This document shows positions 1 to 9,965 of a stretch of 64,000 nt of DNA, piece by piece. The position numbers and the translations under genes were made by a program. The stretch lies in the NCBI GenBank assembly GCA_047602425.1, contig JASGHG010000001.1, positions 1,792,001-1,856,000 of the forward strand, read 5' to 3'. Source of the DNA: Nibricoccus sp. Its GTDB lineage: Bacteria; Verrucomicrobiota; Verrucomicrobiia; Opitutales; Opitutaceae. How positions within the stretch are numbered: the stretch's first letter is position 1; each line of letters opens with the position of its first letter. The notes under the pieces are model-generated. The model worked only from the letters and a program-made list of their open reading frames with translations. It ran no database searches and was not told the origin of the DNA.

Positions 1-2
1 CC

Positions 3-455
3 ATGATCCAACTGCTTGGCGCAAACACGCTCGACACAACACTCACCAAGCTCCTGATGCCGCGCCGGGGCATCACACTTCTAGTCGCACTTTTCTCCGC
101 GCTTGCGTTGCTGCTGGCGGCCATCGGCCTGTATGGAGTTCTCTCCTACGATGTTTCACAACGCACGCGCGAGATCGGCATTCGCAGCGCGATCGGCGCA
201 TCGCGGGGACAGATCGTCTCGTTGATTCTGCGCGATGGCGCGCTCACGACCGGCGTCGGACTTGCCGCTGGCGTTTTCGGCGCTGTTTTTCTGACGCGCT
301 ACCTCGGCTCACTGCTCTTCGGAATCAACGCAGCCGACTTCATAACCTATGCGACCGCGCTAATACTTCTCGCCGGAGTATCCTTTGTCGCCTGCTGGTT
401 GCCTGCTCTGCGCGCAGCCAAGGTCGATCCAATCATCGCATTGCGAGCGGAGTAA
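3..455 (+). CDS. ABC transporter permease (MacB/FtsX, ADOP-like), C-terminal part; gene runs off window start
   Basis: GLYGVLSYDVSQRTREIGIRSAIGA and ...PALRAAKVDPIIALRAE C-terminal signature. Confidence 0.9.
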   Translation: MIQLLGANTLDTTLTKLLMPRRGITLLVALFSALALLLAAIGLYGVLSYDVSQRTREIGIRSAIGASRGQIVSLILRDGALTTGVGLAAGVFGAVFLTRYLGSLLFGINAADFITYATALILLAGVSFVACWLPALRAAKVDPIIALRAE

Positions 456-479
456 AAACTCACGTTGTATAGTTTTCGT

Positions 480-1451
480 TCAGGCCCGTTTAACCGGCCA
501 CAAGTTCAACAGTAGATTTGCCAGCGTGATCAAGCCGCCACCGACGAGAAGACTCCACGTCGCTGTCTCGTTGGCATAGGCAATTCCGCCCCATCGCGAA
601 TAGAGCGCCGGCAACCAAAGGGCAAACAACGACCCAAAAATTGGTTCTATACAATAGATCAGGCCTGCCTCGATCGCGCTGATTTTTGGTTGCCAGCGAT
701 TCATGATGGTAAATGCGGCGAGGGTGCACGTTAGTGTGAGCAGAAGCGTCAGACCCATCCATGGAGGCGAGGAGCACAAGGCCGTCACCGCACCCGCGTT
801 CGGCGTGATCCAAATCGATAAACTGGAGAAGATCACCGCTTCCGTCGAAAACATCACGGTCGTGATCCGCAACGCGTCGTTTGCACCAAATTCTTTTCTT
901 TCCAGGCAGAGAATCTGTCCGGCAAAGAACACCGAGCACGCCAGCGTGTCCCACTCGCCACGCCCAAACGAGAGCGAATACCAGTCAAACCGCCCAAGGA
1001 TCGCCACACCTCCAAGCACCAACAGGCCCGATACCCAGACGCGCGCCCCCGGATTCCGCCTCTGCCTGACTGCAAACCAAACTGGAATCAGGATCGCATA
1101 AAGCTGGGTGAGAAAGGCCGAAGTCGATGCATTGGTGGATTGCAGGCCGGCATTCTGAAAAATTGTACCTAGCGACGTGAAAAGTCCCAGCTCGACGCCT
1201 TGCCGAATTTCCAAACGCGTCAGCGCACCCAGCTTTCGCGCCTGCCACACGATCATGATCAGCGCGGCCAGCACGTAGCGCGGTGTGACCGTCATCGCCG
1301 TCACAAATCCGACCGAACTTCCCGGGACGATTGCCTCGTGCATTAACACGAGCCCCTTGATCGTCGGAAAACTCAGGCCCCAAAACAAATTCGCCAGCAG
1401 CAACATCGTCAGCGCTCGAAAATGTTCCGGGTTCTGCTGGTTCGGGTTCAC
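480..1451 (-). CDS. DMT/EamA family transporter
   Basis: About 10 hydrophobic segments; FWGLSF, GLQSTNASTSAFLT, EPIFG motifs. Confidence 0.85.
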   Translation of the reverse strand: MNPNQQNPEHFRALTMLLLANLFWGLSFPTIKGLVLMHEAIVPGSSVGFVTAMTVTPRYVLAALIMIVWQARKLGALTRLEIRQGVELGLFTSLGTIFQNAGLQSTNASTSAFLTQLYAILIPVWFAVRQRRNPGARVWVSGLLVLGGVAILGRFDWYSLSFGRGEWDTLACSVFFAGQILCLERKEFGANDALRITTVMFSTEAVIFSSLSIWITPNAGAVTALCSSPPWMGLTLLLTLTCTLAAFTIMNRWQPKISAIEAGLIYCIEPIFGSLFALWLPALYSRWGGIAYANETATWSLLVGGGLITLANLLLNLWPVKRA

Positions 1452-1533
1452 GACAAAAAGATACTGCGGTCTTCAACGAAAACTCAACCTCCCTCCTTTT
1501 GGTCGAACGAGGAGTCGACGCGAGAGAAACAGT

Positions 1534-2688
1534 CTAGGGCGTCGAGCTTTTCTCGACGACAAAGTCCGGCTGCGACCGCGCTACGTGGATCAAGCCGTCG
1601 TCATCGAATTCCACTTTCACGATCGCGGGCTTTTCGCGGAAGGGCGACTGGTTGTCGTTACCGAAATAGCCACACCACCACTGTCCCTCCTTGTCCCTGA
1701 AATAATTCGTGCCGCCGCCGCAGGGCACGGCTTCGTGGCGGCGTTCGTACGGCCCGTAAATCTTTTCGGACACAGCGACCATGCTGCTATAACGCCCTTC
1801 GTACATATCGGCCGCCGTCAGATAGTATTTGCCGTCCTTTTTGAAAAGGTACGCACCTTCATGTCCGATGTCGGAACAATTGCGCCGCGACGGGCAGGTC
1901 TTGGCGTGATGCTCTGGATTCGTGTCGGGTTTCAATAGTTCGGGTTTGCGTGGTTCTTCAGCCAGAGCGCTCAGATCGTCGTTCATGCGGGCGATCCAGC
2001 CACCGCCGTACACGAGATAAACCGCGCCATCGTCATCCTCGAAGAGCGACGCATCGATGTCGGTCGTCCATTTGCCGTCATCTTTCAGCGCGTTCACGTA
2101 AGGCCCTTCCGGTCTGCCCGTCGTGCTTTTTAAAAGCCCGCGATCGCCGGGCGGCATACTGAGCGTGACGAAGTAATTTTTCAGTCGCTTGACGTAGTGC
2201 AGCTCCGGAGCCCAGAGCGCCCGAACCGGTTTATTGTGCCAACGCCAGTTTTTCTGCCACGTGGCATCTTTCTCGAACGTCCAAACCAAACCGAGGCAGG
2301 TCCAGGTCTTGAGATCGGCCGAACGCCAAAGCTCCACACCATCGTTGTGATCCCAAATATCCTCTCCCGACGAACCCGTGAGGTAATAATTTCCATCGCC
2401 GCCAAGGATCACAACGGTGTCGCGAATTTGCGTGTCGGGAATGAGTGGTTTTAGCCGCGGAATCAAGCCGGCCGTCACGGTGGAACCCGTGGCGCTGCGA
2501 CTAAATTTTTCCCAACGCCCTTGTCTCGCCGCCCCAGGCCCGCTGATCCCCAGGCCTTTTTGCTTTGGAGTTGGCGCCGGCACGATTGCGCCGCGTTCCG
2601 GCTGCGCCGTTGCCTGACCGGCCATTTCGACGACGGGCAGCGTTGCGCAGGTTAAAAACGCCAGCGTAAACAACACGAACTTACTCAT
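1534..2688 (-). CDS. Secreted glycoside hydrolase family 43
   Basis: Signal peptide; IRDT, LWAPELHY, IDASLFEDDDG, HEGA motifs; start placed at MSKFVLF. Confidence 0.85.
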   Translation of the reverse strand: MSKFVLFTLAFLTCATLPVVEMAGQATAQPERGAIVPAPTPKQKGLGISGPGAARQGRWEKFSRSATGSTVTAGLIPRLKPLIPDTQIRDTVVILGGDGNYYLTGSSGEDIWDHNDGVELWRSADLKTWTCLGLVWTFEKDATWQKNWRWHNKPVRALWAPELHYVKRLKNYFVTLSMPPGDRGLLKSTTGRPEGPYVNALKDDGKWTTDIDASLFEDDDGAVYLVYGGGWIARMNDDLSALAEEPRKPELLKPDTNPEHHAKTCPSRRNCSDIGHEGAYLFKKDGKYYLTAADMYEGRYSSMVAVSEKIYGPYERRHEAVPCGGGTNYFRDKEGQWWCGYFGNDNQSPFREKPAIVKVEFDDDGLIHVARSQPDFVVEKSSTP

Positions 2689-2723
2689 GCGCCCAAATAT
2701 ATTTCTCCGGGCAACCGATGCCA

Positions 2724-3692
2724 TCACGGAATTAGCAGCACTTTGCCGGTGGTCTCGCGGCTTTCGAGCGCATGGTGCGCGGCGGCGGCTTCGGCCAGCG
2801 GAATCGTGGCTCCGATGCGCACCTTGAGTTCGCCCGCGGCAACCCAGCCAAAAAGATCGTCGACGCGCTTTTGTATCTCTTCGATGGTTTCTGTATAATG
2901 TCCGAGCGTCGGCCGCGTGAAAAACAACGAACCTTTCTGCGAAAGAATCAGTGGCGAAAATGGCGGCACCGGTCCGCTCGCGTTGCCAAACGATACCATC
3001 ATGCCGCGAGGACGCAGGCTCGCGAGACTGCCTTCGAAAGTGTCCTTGCCCACGGAATCGTACACGACGTCCACTCCACGGTTTTTGGTGAACAGCCGCG
3101 CCACCTCCGCAAAATTTCCCTTGCCGCTCACCACAACTTCTTCCGCGCCGGCTTCACAGGCGAGTAGGACTTTTGCCTCCGAGCCCACGACCGCAACCAC
3201 GCGTGCGCCGCGTCGCTTCGCGATTTGGGTGAGCAAAAGCCCGACGCCACCCGCCGCCGCATGCACCAACGCCGAGTCACCCGGTTTCAGCGGAAAAACA
3301 TCGCACGCGAGATAATGCGCCGTCATTCCCTGCAACATCAGCGCCGCAGCGGTTGCACTTTCGATGCCCTCCGGTACACGCACAGCCGCCGATTCCGCCA
3401 CGACGGCTTGCTCCGCGTATGCGCCACAAACCTTGGCCGAGGCGATGCGGTCGCCCACGTGAAATCGCGTCACGTTGTCACCGACACGCAACACCACTCC
3501 CGCCGCTTCAAGCCCGAGCGTCGTGGGCAACGGCACCGGGTACAGCCCCGTGCGTTGATAGACATCGATGAAATTTATTCCTGCCGCTTCGACGCGGAAC
3601 ACGACCTCGTTGGCCTCCGGCTCCGGTGCCTCGACTTCTTCGTAACTCAAAACTTCCGGGCCACCGTTTTTTGAAATTCGAATCGCGCGCAT
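2724..3692 (-). CDS. qor: NADPH:quinone oxidoreductase (zeta-crystallin/MDR)
   Basis: GGPEVL, GINFID, LGLEAAG, HAAAGGVG, TTGKVLLIP. Confidence 0.92.
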   Translation of the reverse strand: MRAIRISKNGGPEVLSYEEVEAPEPEANEVVFRVEAAGINFIDVYQRTGLYPVPLPTTLGLEAAGVVLRVGDNVTRFHVGDRIASAKVCGAYAEQAVVAESAAVRVPEGIESATAAALMLQGMTAHYLACDVFPLKPGDSALVHAAAGGVGLLLTQIAKRRGARVVAVVGSEAKVLLACEAGAEEVVVSGKGNFAEVARLFTKNRGVDVVYDSVGKDTFEGSLASLRPRGMMVSFGNASGPVPPFSPLILSQKGSLFFTRPTLGHYTETIEEIQKRVDDLFGWVAAGELKVRIGATIPLAEAAAAHHALESRETTGKVLLIP

Positions 3693-3902
3693 AACGAGAA
3701 CAGATTCATTCCGCCCAAACTCGCAACTTCGAAGAATATCCAAAAACAACCGCTGCCGTTTCCCGTCCGCTTACCATCGCCAATTACCTTCCGGGGAAAA
3801 CCATTGCAGTCCGCTTGCCCGACCGGAAAACCTGGCATAGTCTCCGTGCGGCGCAGCGTTCAGTACTTACCCCAACCACAGTCCTCGAACCAAGGCATTT
3901 CC

Positions 3903-4742
3903 ATGAGCGACAACCGGCAGGAACCGCTTCCGAAGAAATCGAAGAAAGTTAAACGCACCAAAGATTCCGACGTCATGGCAACGATTTCGGGTTCCTTGGA
4001 GGAAATGGCCAAAGTCCATTGTGCCCATCGCAACGATAAGGTCGCCAGGATACTTGGCTTCTGCACCGTGATCCGCCATCGCCACCCGGTTAGCCTCACC
4101 GGCTCGTACGCGGGGGCAGAATGGCAAATCAACCGCGACGCAATCGAGACCGCCTACAAGGTTCCTCCCGAATGGGAGCAACGCATTGCAGCCGCCAAGC
4201 TCAGCAAGGAGGAATGCGCGAAGATCGAAGGGAAGTTCACTTCGCGGCAGGATGCGCATCACGCGCCCTGTCGTCTGCGGCTCAATGGGCGTTCGCTCGA
4301 TTCGTACTTTAGCGATCCGTCTTTGCGCCATCGGTCCGGCGAAGATACTCTCCGTGTCATCGCCATTCAGGCTCTCTTTGGCGCGGTCGACCCGCTCCCG
4401 AGCATTTTCAACGAATGCGACAGCCAGGCAGAGCACGCCCACCTCAAGAAGGCGCTTGTCGCTGCAAGCATGACGATCAATCCGAATGGTCCAGTATTGA
4501 ACGAAAAAATACTGACCGAAGCGCAAACCGAAGCCTTCGACGTCTGGCTGGAGAAAGCGGATATCGCTTTTGCCCAAACACTCGCCAGTAACCAAACGAT
4601 CCGCGACAAGTCACCGGAAGGCAGCTGCGAACGACTGTATCGCGACGCCAAAATCACGATCCTTGAGTACTACCGGCGTTTTACCGCCACCGAGATTCCC
4701 CTGATGGGCGGGGGTGCGGCGGCCTCGTTTCTCGACGACTAA
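3903..4742 (+). CDS. Hypothetical protein, possible His-Me finger nuclease-like
   Basis: 279-aa ORF filling the intergenic space; DAHHAP ... PLPSIFNECDSQAE weakly resembles the non-specific nuclease active site. Confidence 0.6.
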   Translation: MSDNRQEPLPKKSKKVKRTKDSDVMATISGSLEEMAKVHCAHRNDKVARILGFCTVIRHRHPVSLTGSYAGAEWQINRDAIETAYKVPPEWEQRIAAAKLSKEECAKIEGKFTSRQDAHHAPCRLRLNGRSLDSYFSDPSLRHRSGEDTLRVIAIQALFGAVDPLPSIFNECDSQAEHAHLKKALVAASMTINPNGPVLNEKILTEAQTEAFDVWLEKADIAFAQTLASNQTIRDKSPEGSCERLYRDAKITILEYYRRFTATEIPLMGGGAAASFLDD

Positions 4743-4822
4743 ACTGCTGCGCTTTGCCTGTGCTCGTGCGCGCGCAACTCCGTCGAAATTCTCCGCCACA
4801 CCTTCCCTGCCGCCCGCCTTTG

Positions 4823-5209
4823 TTAGTCTTTGTTTTTCGTCGTGTAGGTCGATTTCTCGAACTCAAACGCGATGTCTTCGTATTCGTGGATATTGAGGAA
4901 TTCGGGCATCTGCGCGTCAGGCATCACCATATTGATCCAGGCAATTTTCGCTTTCTCCAGAGTGATGGTGACGTAAACGCACTCCGGACCGCTTCTGGGA
5001 AGATGCCAGAGGTCCAGTTTCCATTTATCGAAAACGGCTTCCTCGTTCATCTTGGTGTGAAACGCATCGGTGGATGCATCGATCTTTTTTCGAATGACGA
5101 ACACCTGATTGTCGCCAGGGGCAGACTGGTGGTTGAAGGCGATCACCGGGGTATTGCCCTTGGGCGAAACTCCCGTGACGCTTGATTCGAGATATGCGAG
5201 TAGGGGCAT
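4823..5209 (-). CDS. hcp: Hcp/TssD-like type VI secretion tube protein, orphan and shortened (128 aa)
   Basis: MPLLAYL..., FVIRKKIDAST, YVTITLEKAKIAWI, MP...HEYEDIAFEFEK follow the Hcp1 pattern in order. Confidence 0.75.
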   Translation of the reverse strand: MPLLAYLESSVTGVSPKGNTPVIAFNHQSAPGDNQVFVIRKKIDASTDAFHTKMNEEAVFDKWKLDLWHLPRSGPECVYVTITLEKAKIAWINMVMPDAQMPEFLNIHEYEDIAFEFEKSTYTTKNKD

Positions 5210-5313
5210 GAGCGAAGGGAGCGCGTTTTTCCCCCATGTCAAGGTGACCGCACCAACAAACTTTTCATACGTCGAACCCTAGACCCTCGCGGCATATATT
5301 CCATGTTCCCGCG

Positions 5314-6699
5314 TCAGGCGGCATCGTCCTCGCTTTTGGTCGCCAGTGCTGGCGTGCCGAAGTTGGCGTGAGCCTTGGCGTCGTCGAATTCGCCCTCCCA
5401 ACGCGCCACAACCACGCTCGCGAGACAATTTCCCAACACATTGACCGACGTGCGCGCCATATCGAGCAGTTCGTCCACCGCAAAAATCACGGCCGCGCCT
5501 TCCAATGGCAGGCCAAACGAACTAAGCGCTGCCAGCAGCACGATGAGGGATGCGCGCGGCACCGCGGCCACGCCTTTCGAGGTGACCATCAAAGTGAGCA
5601 TAAGCAGGATCTGTTGACCGATTCCGAAATGCAGGCCGCTCGTCGCCTCCGCCGCTTGCGCGACAAAAACCGAGGCCACCGCCAGGTGCAGCGTCGAGCC
5701 GTCGAGGTTGAAAGTATAACCAGCCGGCAGAACAAAACCCACAATGCCGCGTGGAACGCCGAACTTCTCCATCAGGGCGAATGCCTTGGGCAGCGCCGAC
5801 TCGCTGTTCGCCGTGGCAAAGGCGATGGTGAATGGTTCCCGCATGGCCCGCACAAAAGGCCGCAGCGGCACGCGTGCAATGCGAATCACCAGCCCCAGCA
5901 CCACGATCACGAAAACGGCCAGGGCGGCGTACAGCGTAAACACCAGCTTGCCCAGATTCACCAGGACTCCCAGTCCCTGATGCCCCACTGTCACGGCGAC
6001 GGCCGCGCCCACGCCGAGGGGCGCAGCCAACATGACAATACCGGCAAATTTGAACATCACCTGGGTCAGGCTTTCGCACCAGTTGAGCATCGGACGGCCG
6101 GCCTCCCCGGCCGCAATCACCGCCAGCGCGAAAAGAACGGAAAACGACACGATCTGCAGCACATCGCCCCGCGCCATGGCGTCGATCACGCTCGTCGGGA
6201 AAACGTGCAAAAGCGTCTGCACGAGGGTGAGCGGCTTCGTTTGCGCTGCCGAACCAAGCGCCCCCACCTCGACGCCTTGCAAAACGATGCCTGCGCCGGG
6301 CTTGACCACGTTCACCATCAACAGGCCGATCGCCAGCGCCGCAGTCGTGACGATTTCAAAGTACAGAATCGCTTTCACACCGATCCGCCCGACCCGCTTC
6401 AGGTCGCCCGTTCCGGCAATGCCCTGCACGACACTACCGAAAATCAGTGGGGCGATCATGGCCTTGATGAGATGGAGAAAAATATCTCGTGGCAGCATGA
6501 CCCACTCCAGCCAGCGGTTCTTCTGCGCCACCACGGCGTCCTTGTCGGCGCCGGTCAGTCCCGTCACGTCGAAATGCGCATTTATCCACCAACCAAGCAG
6601 CGTCCCCAATACCAGCGCCAGCAGGATCTGCTGCGTCATCGTGAGACGATACCAGGGCTTACCTCTCGCTACTGGTTGTTCGGAAGAAATATTTTCCAT
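5314..6699 (-). CDS. Dicarboxylate/amino acid:cation symporter (GltP/DctA family)
   Basis: AFATANSESALP, PAGYTFNLDG, TSKGVAAVP, DMARTSVNVLGN. Confidence 0.93.
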   Translation of the reverse strand: MENISSEQPVARGKPWYRLTMTQQILLALVLGTLLGWWINAHFDVTGLTGADKDAVVAQKNRWLEWVMLPRDIFLHLIKAMIAPLIFGSVVQGIAGTGDLKRVGRIGVKAILYFEIVTTAALAIGLLMVNVVKPGAGIVLQGVEVGALGSAAQTKPLTLVQTLLHVFPTSVIDAMARGDVLQIVSFSVLFALAVIAAGEAGRPMLNWCESLTQVMFKFAGIVMLAAPLGVGAAVAVTVGHQGLGVLVNLGKLVFTLYAALAVFVIVVLGLVIRIARVPLRPFVRAMREPFTIAFATANSESALPKAFALMEKFGVPRGIVGFVLPAGYTFNLDGSTLHLAVASVFVAQAAEATSGLHFGIGQQILLMLTLMVTSKGVAAVPRASLIVLLAALSSFGLPLEGAAVIFAVDELLDMARTSVNVLGNCLASVVVARWEGEFDDAKAHANFGTPALATKSEDDAA

Positions 6700-6832
6700 G
6701 ATGAACGTCCGCGTTACTTTTCGCCGTTTCCAAGAATTCGGATTGCACCCATGGGCCTCAAGAGATGCATTCCGGCCCCGCTAGCAAGGCACGGACCGAC
6801 TTGGCGGGCACTTTTTTGGCGGTTCAATTCGC

Positions 6833-7687
6833 TTAGCTGACTTGCACCTCTCCGCGACGAAACCGAGCCGGCGGAACGCCACTCCAGCGGCGAAATGCGA
6901 CTGAAAACGAATACACCGATGCGTAGCCGACAGCTTGGGCAACCTCGTCCAATTTGACCGGGGACGATCGCAGCATGGTGCTCGCCCTCTGCAATCGAAG
7001 ATGCGTCAACTGCTCGAAAGGACTGCGTTGACAATACTGATGGCAGAGTCGTCGCAAATGTTCCTCGCTCATGCAGGCGTGTTTCGCCAGTTCGGCAACA
7101 GACCATTCGCGCGCCAAGTCCGCCTCGACCTTATTCCACAAGCGCGAAAGTCGCTGGTCGACCGATTCCACACCCGCCAACCTTCGCACCGTGGCATCGA
7201 GAAGCGTGACGAGCGCCTCGAGCACGGCAGGTTTCGCCGCATTCGCGGCCTCGCGGGTCAGCATTTTTAGAATCGTCACAAAGTCGCCGGCGTCAGCCGT
7301 GACGAGTTGAGGCTCTCGCCCTTTCAGAGCAGGTGCCGAAACATGGTCGTCAAAGAAAACCCACGCGATGTTCCACGGCCCGGATCCGTCCACTTCGAAG
7401 GCATGGTGCGCGCCGACAGGAGCCAGCAAGACTTGGCCGGGTCTCCAATCGACCGCCTTTCCATCGATGAGCGTGCGGCCCCGGCCCGCAATCGACGCGA
7501 CGACATGGCTGTGCACCGAACGCAGCCGAACCATTCGGTAGGGATTACGAACGATGCTGTGACCCACCCAGATAAAACGTGCGTTTCGCAAAATCGGAAC
7601 ATGGTCGCTGTCCAGCATGTGTTCCCGGCACTTGCGTCCGACTATGTGGGTTTCGCGAAAAAATTCGGGGACGTGGCGAATTGGCAT
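6833..7687 (-). CDS. AraC family transcriptional regulator
   Basis: N-terminal cupin-like domain; C-terminal WSVAELA...VAQAVGYASVYSFSVAFRRWSGVPP; divergent from the GH127 gene. Confidence 0.9.
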   Translation of the reverse strand: MPIRHVPEFFRETHIVGRKCREHMLDSDHVPILRNARFIWVGHSIVRNPYRMVRLRSVHSHVVASIAGRGRTLIDGKAVDWRPGQVLLAPVGAHHAFEVDGSGPWNIAWVFFDDHVSAPALKGREPQLVTADAGDFVTILKMLTREAANAAKPAVLEALVTLLDATVRRLAGVESVDQRLSRLWNKVEADLAREWSVAELAKHACMSEEHLRRLCHQYCQRSPFEQLTHLRLQRASTMLRSSPVKLDEVAQAVGYASVYSFSVAFRRWSGVPPARFRRGEVQVS

Positions 7688-7757
7688 ACCGAAGCAAATT
7701 TGGTTAAATATCGGCCCTCGGCAAATCAACCGACAACGCCTTTCCCGAAAAAATTCC

Positions 7758-9683
7758 ATGAAATCGATTCCCCGCCTTTTTCTTCGACTCACTCTCGCGC
7801 TCGCTCTTCCCGCTTCAGCAACACTCGGCCAGGTGATCCAAATCCGTGATGCAAATGTTACTTCCGGCGAACAGTCCTTGCGCTTGAGCGCCTCGTTACC
7901 CAAGCCGCAACTTACACCGGCCAAGGCGGGAGAAGTCGCGTTGCTGCCCGGACTTTTCCGCGAACGCCGGGAGTTGACCAAGGCTTACATACTGCGCCTC
8001 AAAACCGAAGATTTGTTACAAAACCATTTTCTAGAGGCCGGAATTCGGATCGATAAACCTTACGACCAAATGCACCAAGGCTGGGAGTCGCCTCACTATC
8101 AAGTGCGTGGGCATTTTGCGGGCCATTGGCTTTCCGCCGCTGCGCATTTCGCGGCGACCGACCACGATCGTTTTCTATCCGCGCGAGCCGCGGAAGTGAT
8201 AAAGGACCTAAACCGATGCCAACAACTAAATGGCGGTCAGTGGGTGGGTTCGATTCCCGAAAAATATTTTGCCATCCTCGCCGACAGCAAACGTCCGATT
8301 TGGTCCCCGCAGTATACCCTCCATAAAACGATGATGGGACTGCGCGACGCACATGCTTACCTTGGCGACAAAGAGGCCCTGACGATCGCCACACACTCCG
8401 CCGACTGGTTTCTCGCGTGGTCGGAAAAAATGCTCCGCGAGGGACATGGCGAAGCGATCTACGGTGGCGAGTGTGCCGGCATGCTGGAGCTCTGGGCCGA
8501 ACTCTATGGTATCACTAAGGACCAACGCTTTTTAACGCTCGCCTCGCGCTATGCCATGCCCGACTTGTTTCGCCAGCTCCTCGCCGGCGCCGATCCGCTG
8601 TCCAATAATCATGCGAATGCCAGCATTCCGTGGATCCAGGGAGCAGCCCGATTATACGAAGTGACGGGAGACACGCGTTACCGTGACATTGTGGAATGTT
8701 TTTGGAAACAGGCCGTCGAGTCACGCGGCATGTTCGCCACCACCGGGAACAACGCGGGCGAGTACTGGATCCCGTCACAACAGTTCGGCCGCTTCCTCGG
8801 CAGCCGCACGCAGGAACACTGCACGGTCTATAACATGATCCGCGTGGCACAGTATCTCTTCCACTGGACGGGCGATGCCAAGTATGCCGATTACATCGAA
8901 CGCGCGCTCTATAACGGCATTCTTGCGCAGCAGAATCCAAGCACCGGGCTGGTGTGTTATTTCCTGCCGCTCCAACCCAACGCGAAAAAAATTTGGGGGA
9001 CGGAAACGCGGGATTTTTGGTGCTGCCACGGCACACTGGTTCAAGCCCAGGCGATGTATGAAGACCTCATTTTTTATCGCTCGACCGATGGAATAACGGT
9101 CACACAGTTCATTCCCGCTCAAGCCACGTTCGGCGCATCGGGAGACGAAATTCGCATCACGCAAAAGAACGACGACAGCGCATCCGTCGCCAACTTTTCG
9201 AGTTCCGGCGAAATCACACGCTTTGCCATCGAACTAACCATCGCCACCGACAAACCTCGCAAATGGACGCTTCGCATTCGACAGCCCAACTGGGCCACCG
9301 AAACCGGAACTGTGTTTGTGGACGGGGCCCCCGTGAAAGCCACGCTCTCGAAAACTGGTTTTTTGGAAATCGAACGCGAATGGAAAACTGCGAACGTAAA
9401 AGTGTCGTTTCCAAAGCGGATCACGCGTGAATCACTACCTGGCGATTCTACGCGCTTCGCCCTTTTGGACGGCCCGGTCGTCCTGGCCGCCCTTAGCACC
9501 ACCGAACCTGAACTATCTGCGGCGGGTAGTATCACCCCGCAATATGAACACCAATACATCGATGGCCGGGAATGGCAGTCGGCGCATTTCCTCGCAACCA
9601 CGCTTCACGGAACAATCACACTTAAACCCCTCTATGAAATCGCGGATGAAAACTACTGCGTCTATTTTCACAAGGCCGATTGA
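7758..9683 (+). CDS. Beta-L-arabinofuranosidase-like GH127/GH146 (DUF1680)
   Basis: Signal peptide; GWES..RGHFAGHWLSA, HANASIP, EHCTVYNM, YIERALYN, FWCCHGT. Confidence 0.9.
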   Translation: MKSIPRLFLRLTLALALPASATLGQVIQIRDANVTSGEQSLRLSASLPKPQLTPAKAGEVALLPGLFRERRELTKAYILRLKTEDLLQNHFLEAGIRIDKPYDQMHQGWESPHYQVRGHFAGHWLSAAAHFAATDHDRFLSARAAEVIKDLNRCQQLNGGQWVGSIPEKYFAILADSKRPIWSPQYTLHKTMMGLRDAHAYLGDKEALTIATHSADWFLAWSEKMLREGHGEAIYGGECAGMLELWAELYGITKDQRFLTLASRYAMPDLFRQLLAGADPLSNNHANASIPWIQGAARLYEVTGDTRYRDIVECFWKQAVESRGMFATTGNNAGEYWIPSQQFGRFLGSRTQEHCTVYNMIRVAQYLFHWTGDAKYADYIERALYNGILAQQNPSTGLVCYFLPLQPNAKKIWGTETRDFWCCHGTLVQAQAMYEDLIFYRSTDGITVTQFIPAQATFGASGDEIRITQKNDDSASVANFSSSGEITRFAIELTIATDKPRKWTLRIRQPNWATETGTVFVDGAPVKATLSKTGFLEIEREWKTANVKVSFPKRITRESLPGDSTRFALLDGPVVLAALSTTEPELSAAGSITPQYEHQYIDGREWQSAHFLATTLHGTITLKPLYEIADENYCVYFHKAD

Positions 9684-9965
9684 TAGTCCACGAAATCGCC
9701 TGACGCCGGGCACCGTCGCGGCGCTTCAATATCGGCATAACCGAACCGTTCGCACGGACTAACGTTTATTGAGTACACTCGGACTCAACGCGATTTCCGG
9801 CATCCACTATCGAGTCACACCATCTGCGACGTGACGACGATTCTTCCTTTCGCGCTAATTTCAGCTGCGCCGTAGAGCTTGCGGTCGCCCGGGCGATCGC
9901 TAAAAAGCCCCAGTATCCCCCACCCCGTCACATGTCTGTAGCGTGGTTCCGGCCTTCGCATCACA

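Noticed and set aside
5368..6840. Long antisense/alternate-frame ORFs (also 27060-28766, 57452-58609, 59314-60702)
   Set aside because: They are shadows of well-supported genes on the opposite strand in GC-rich DNA and show no family motifs.
9930..9965. Shared promoter (TGTAGCG) upstream of helical-family genes 9966 and 54712
   Set aside because: A 7-bp match is expected by chance, and it is not seen upstream of the sigma gene.
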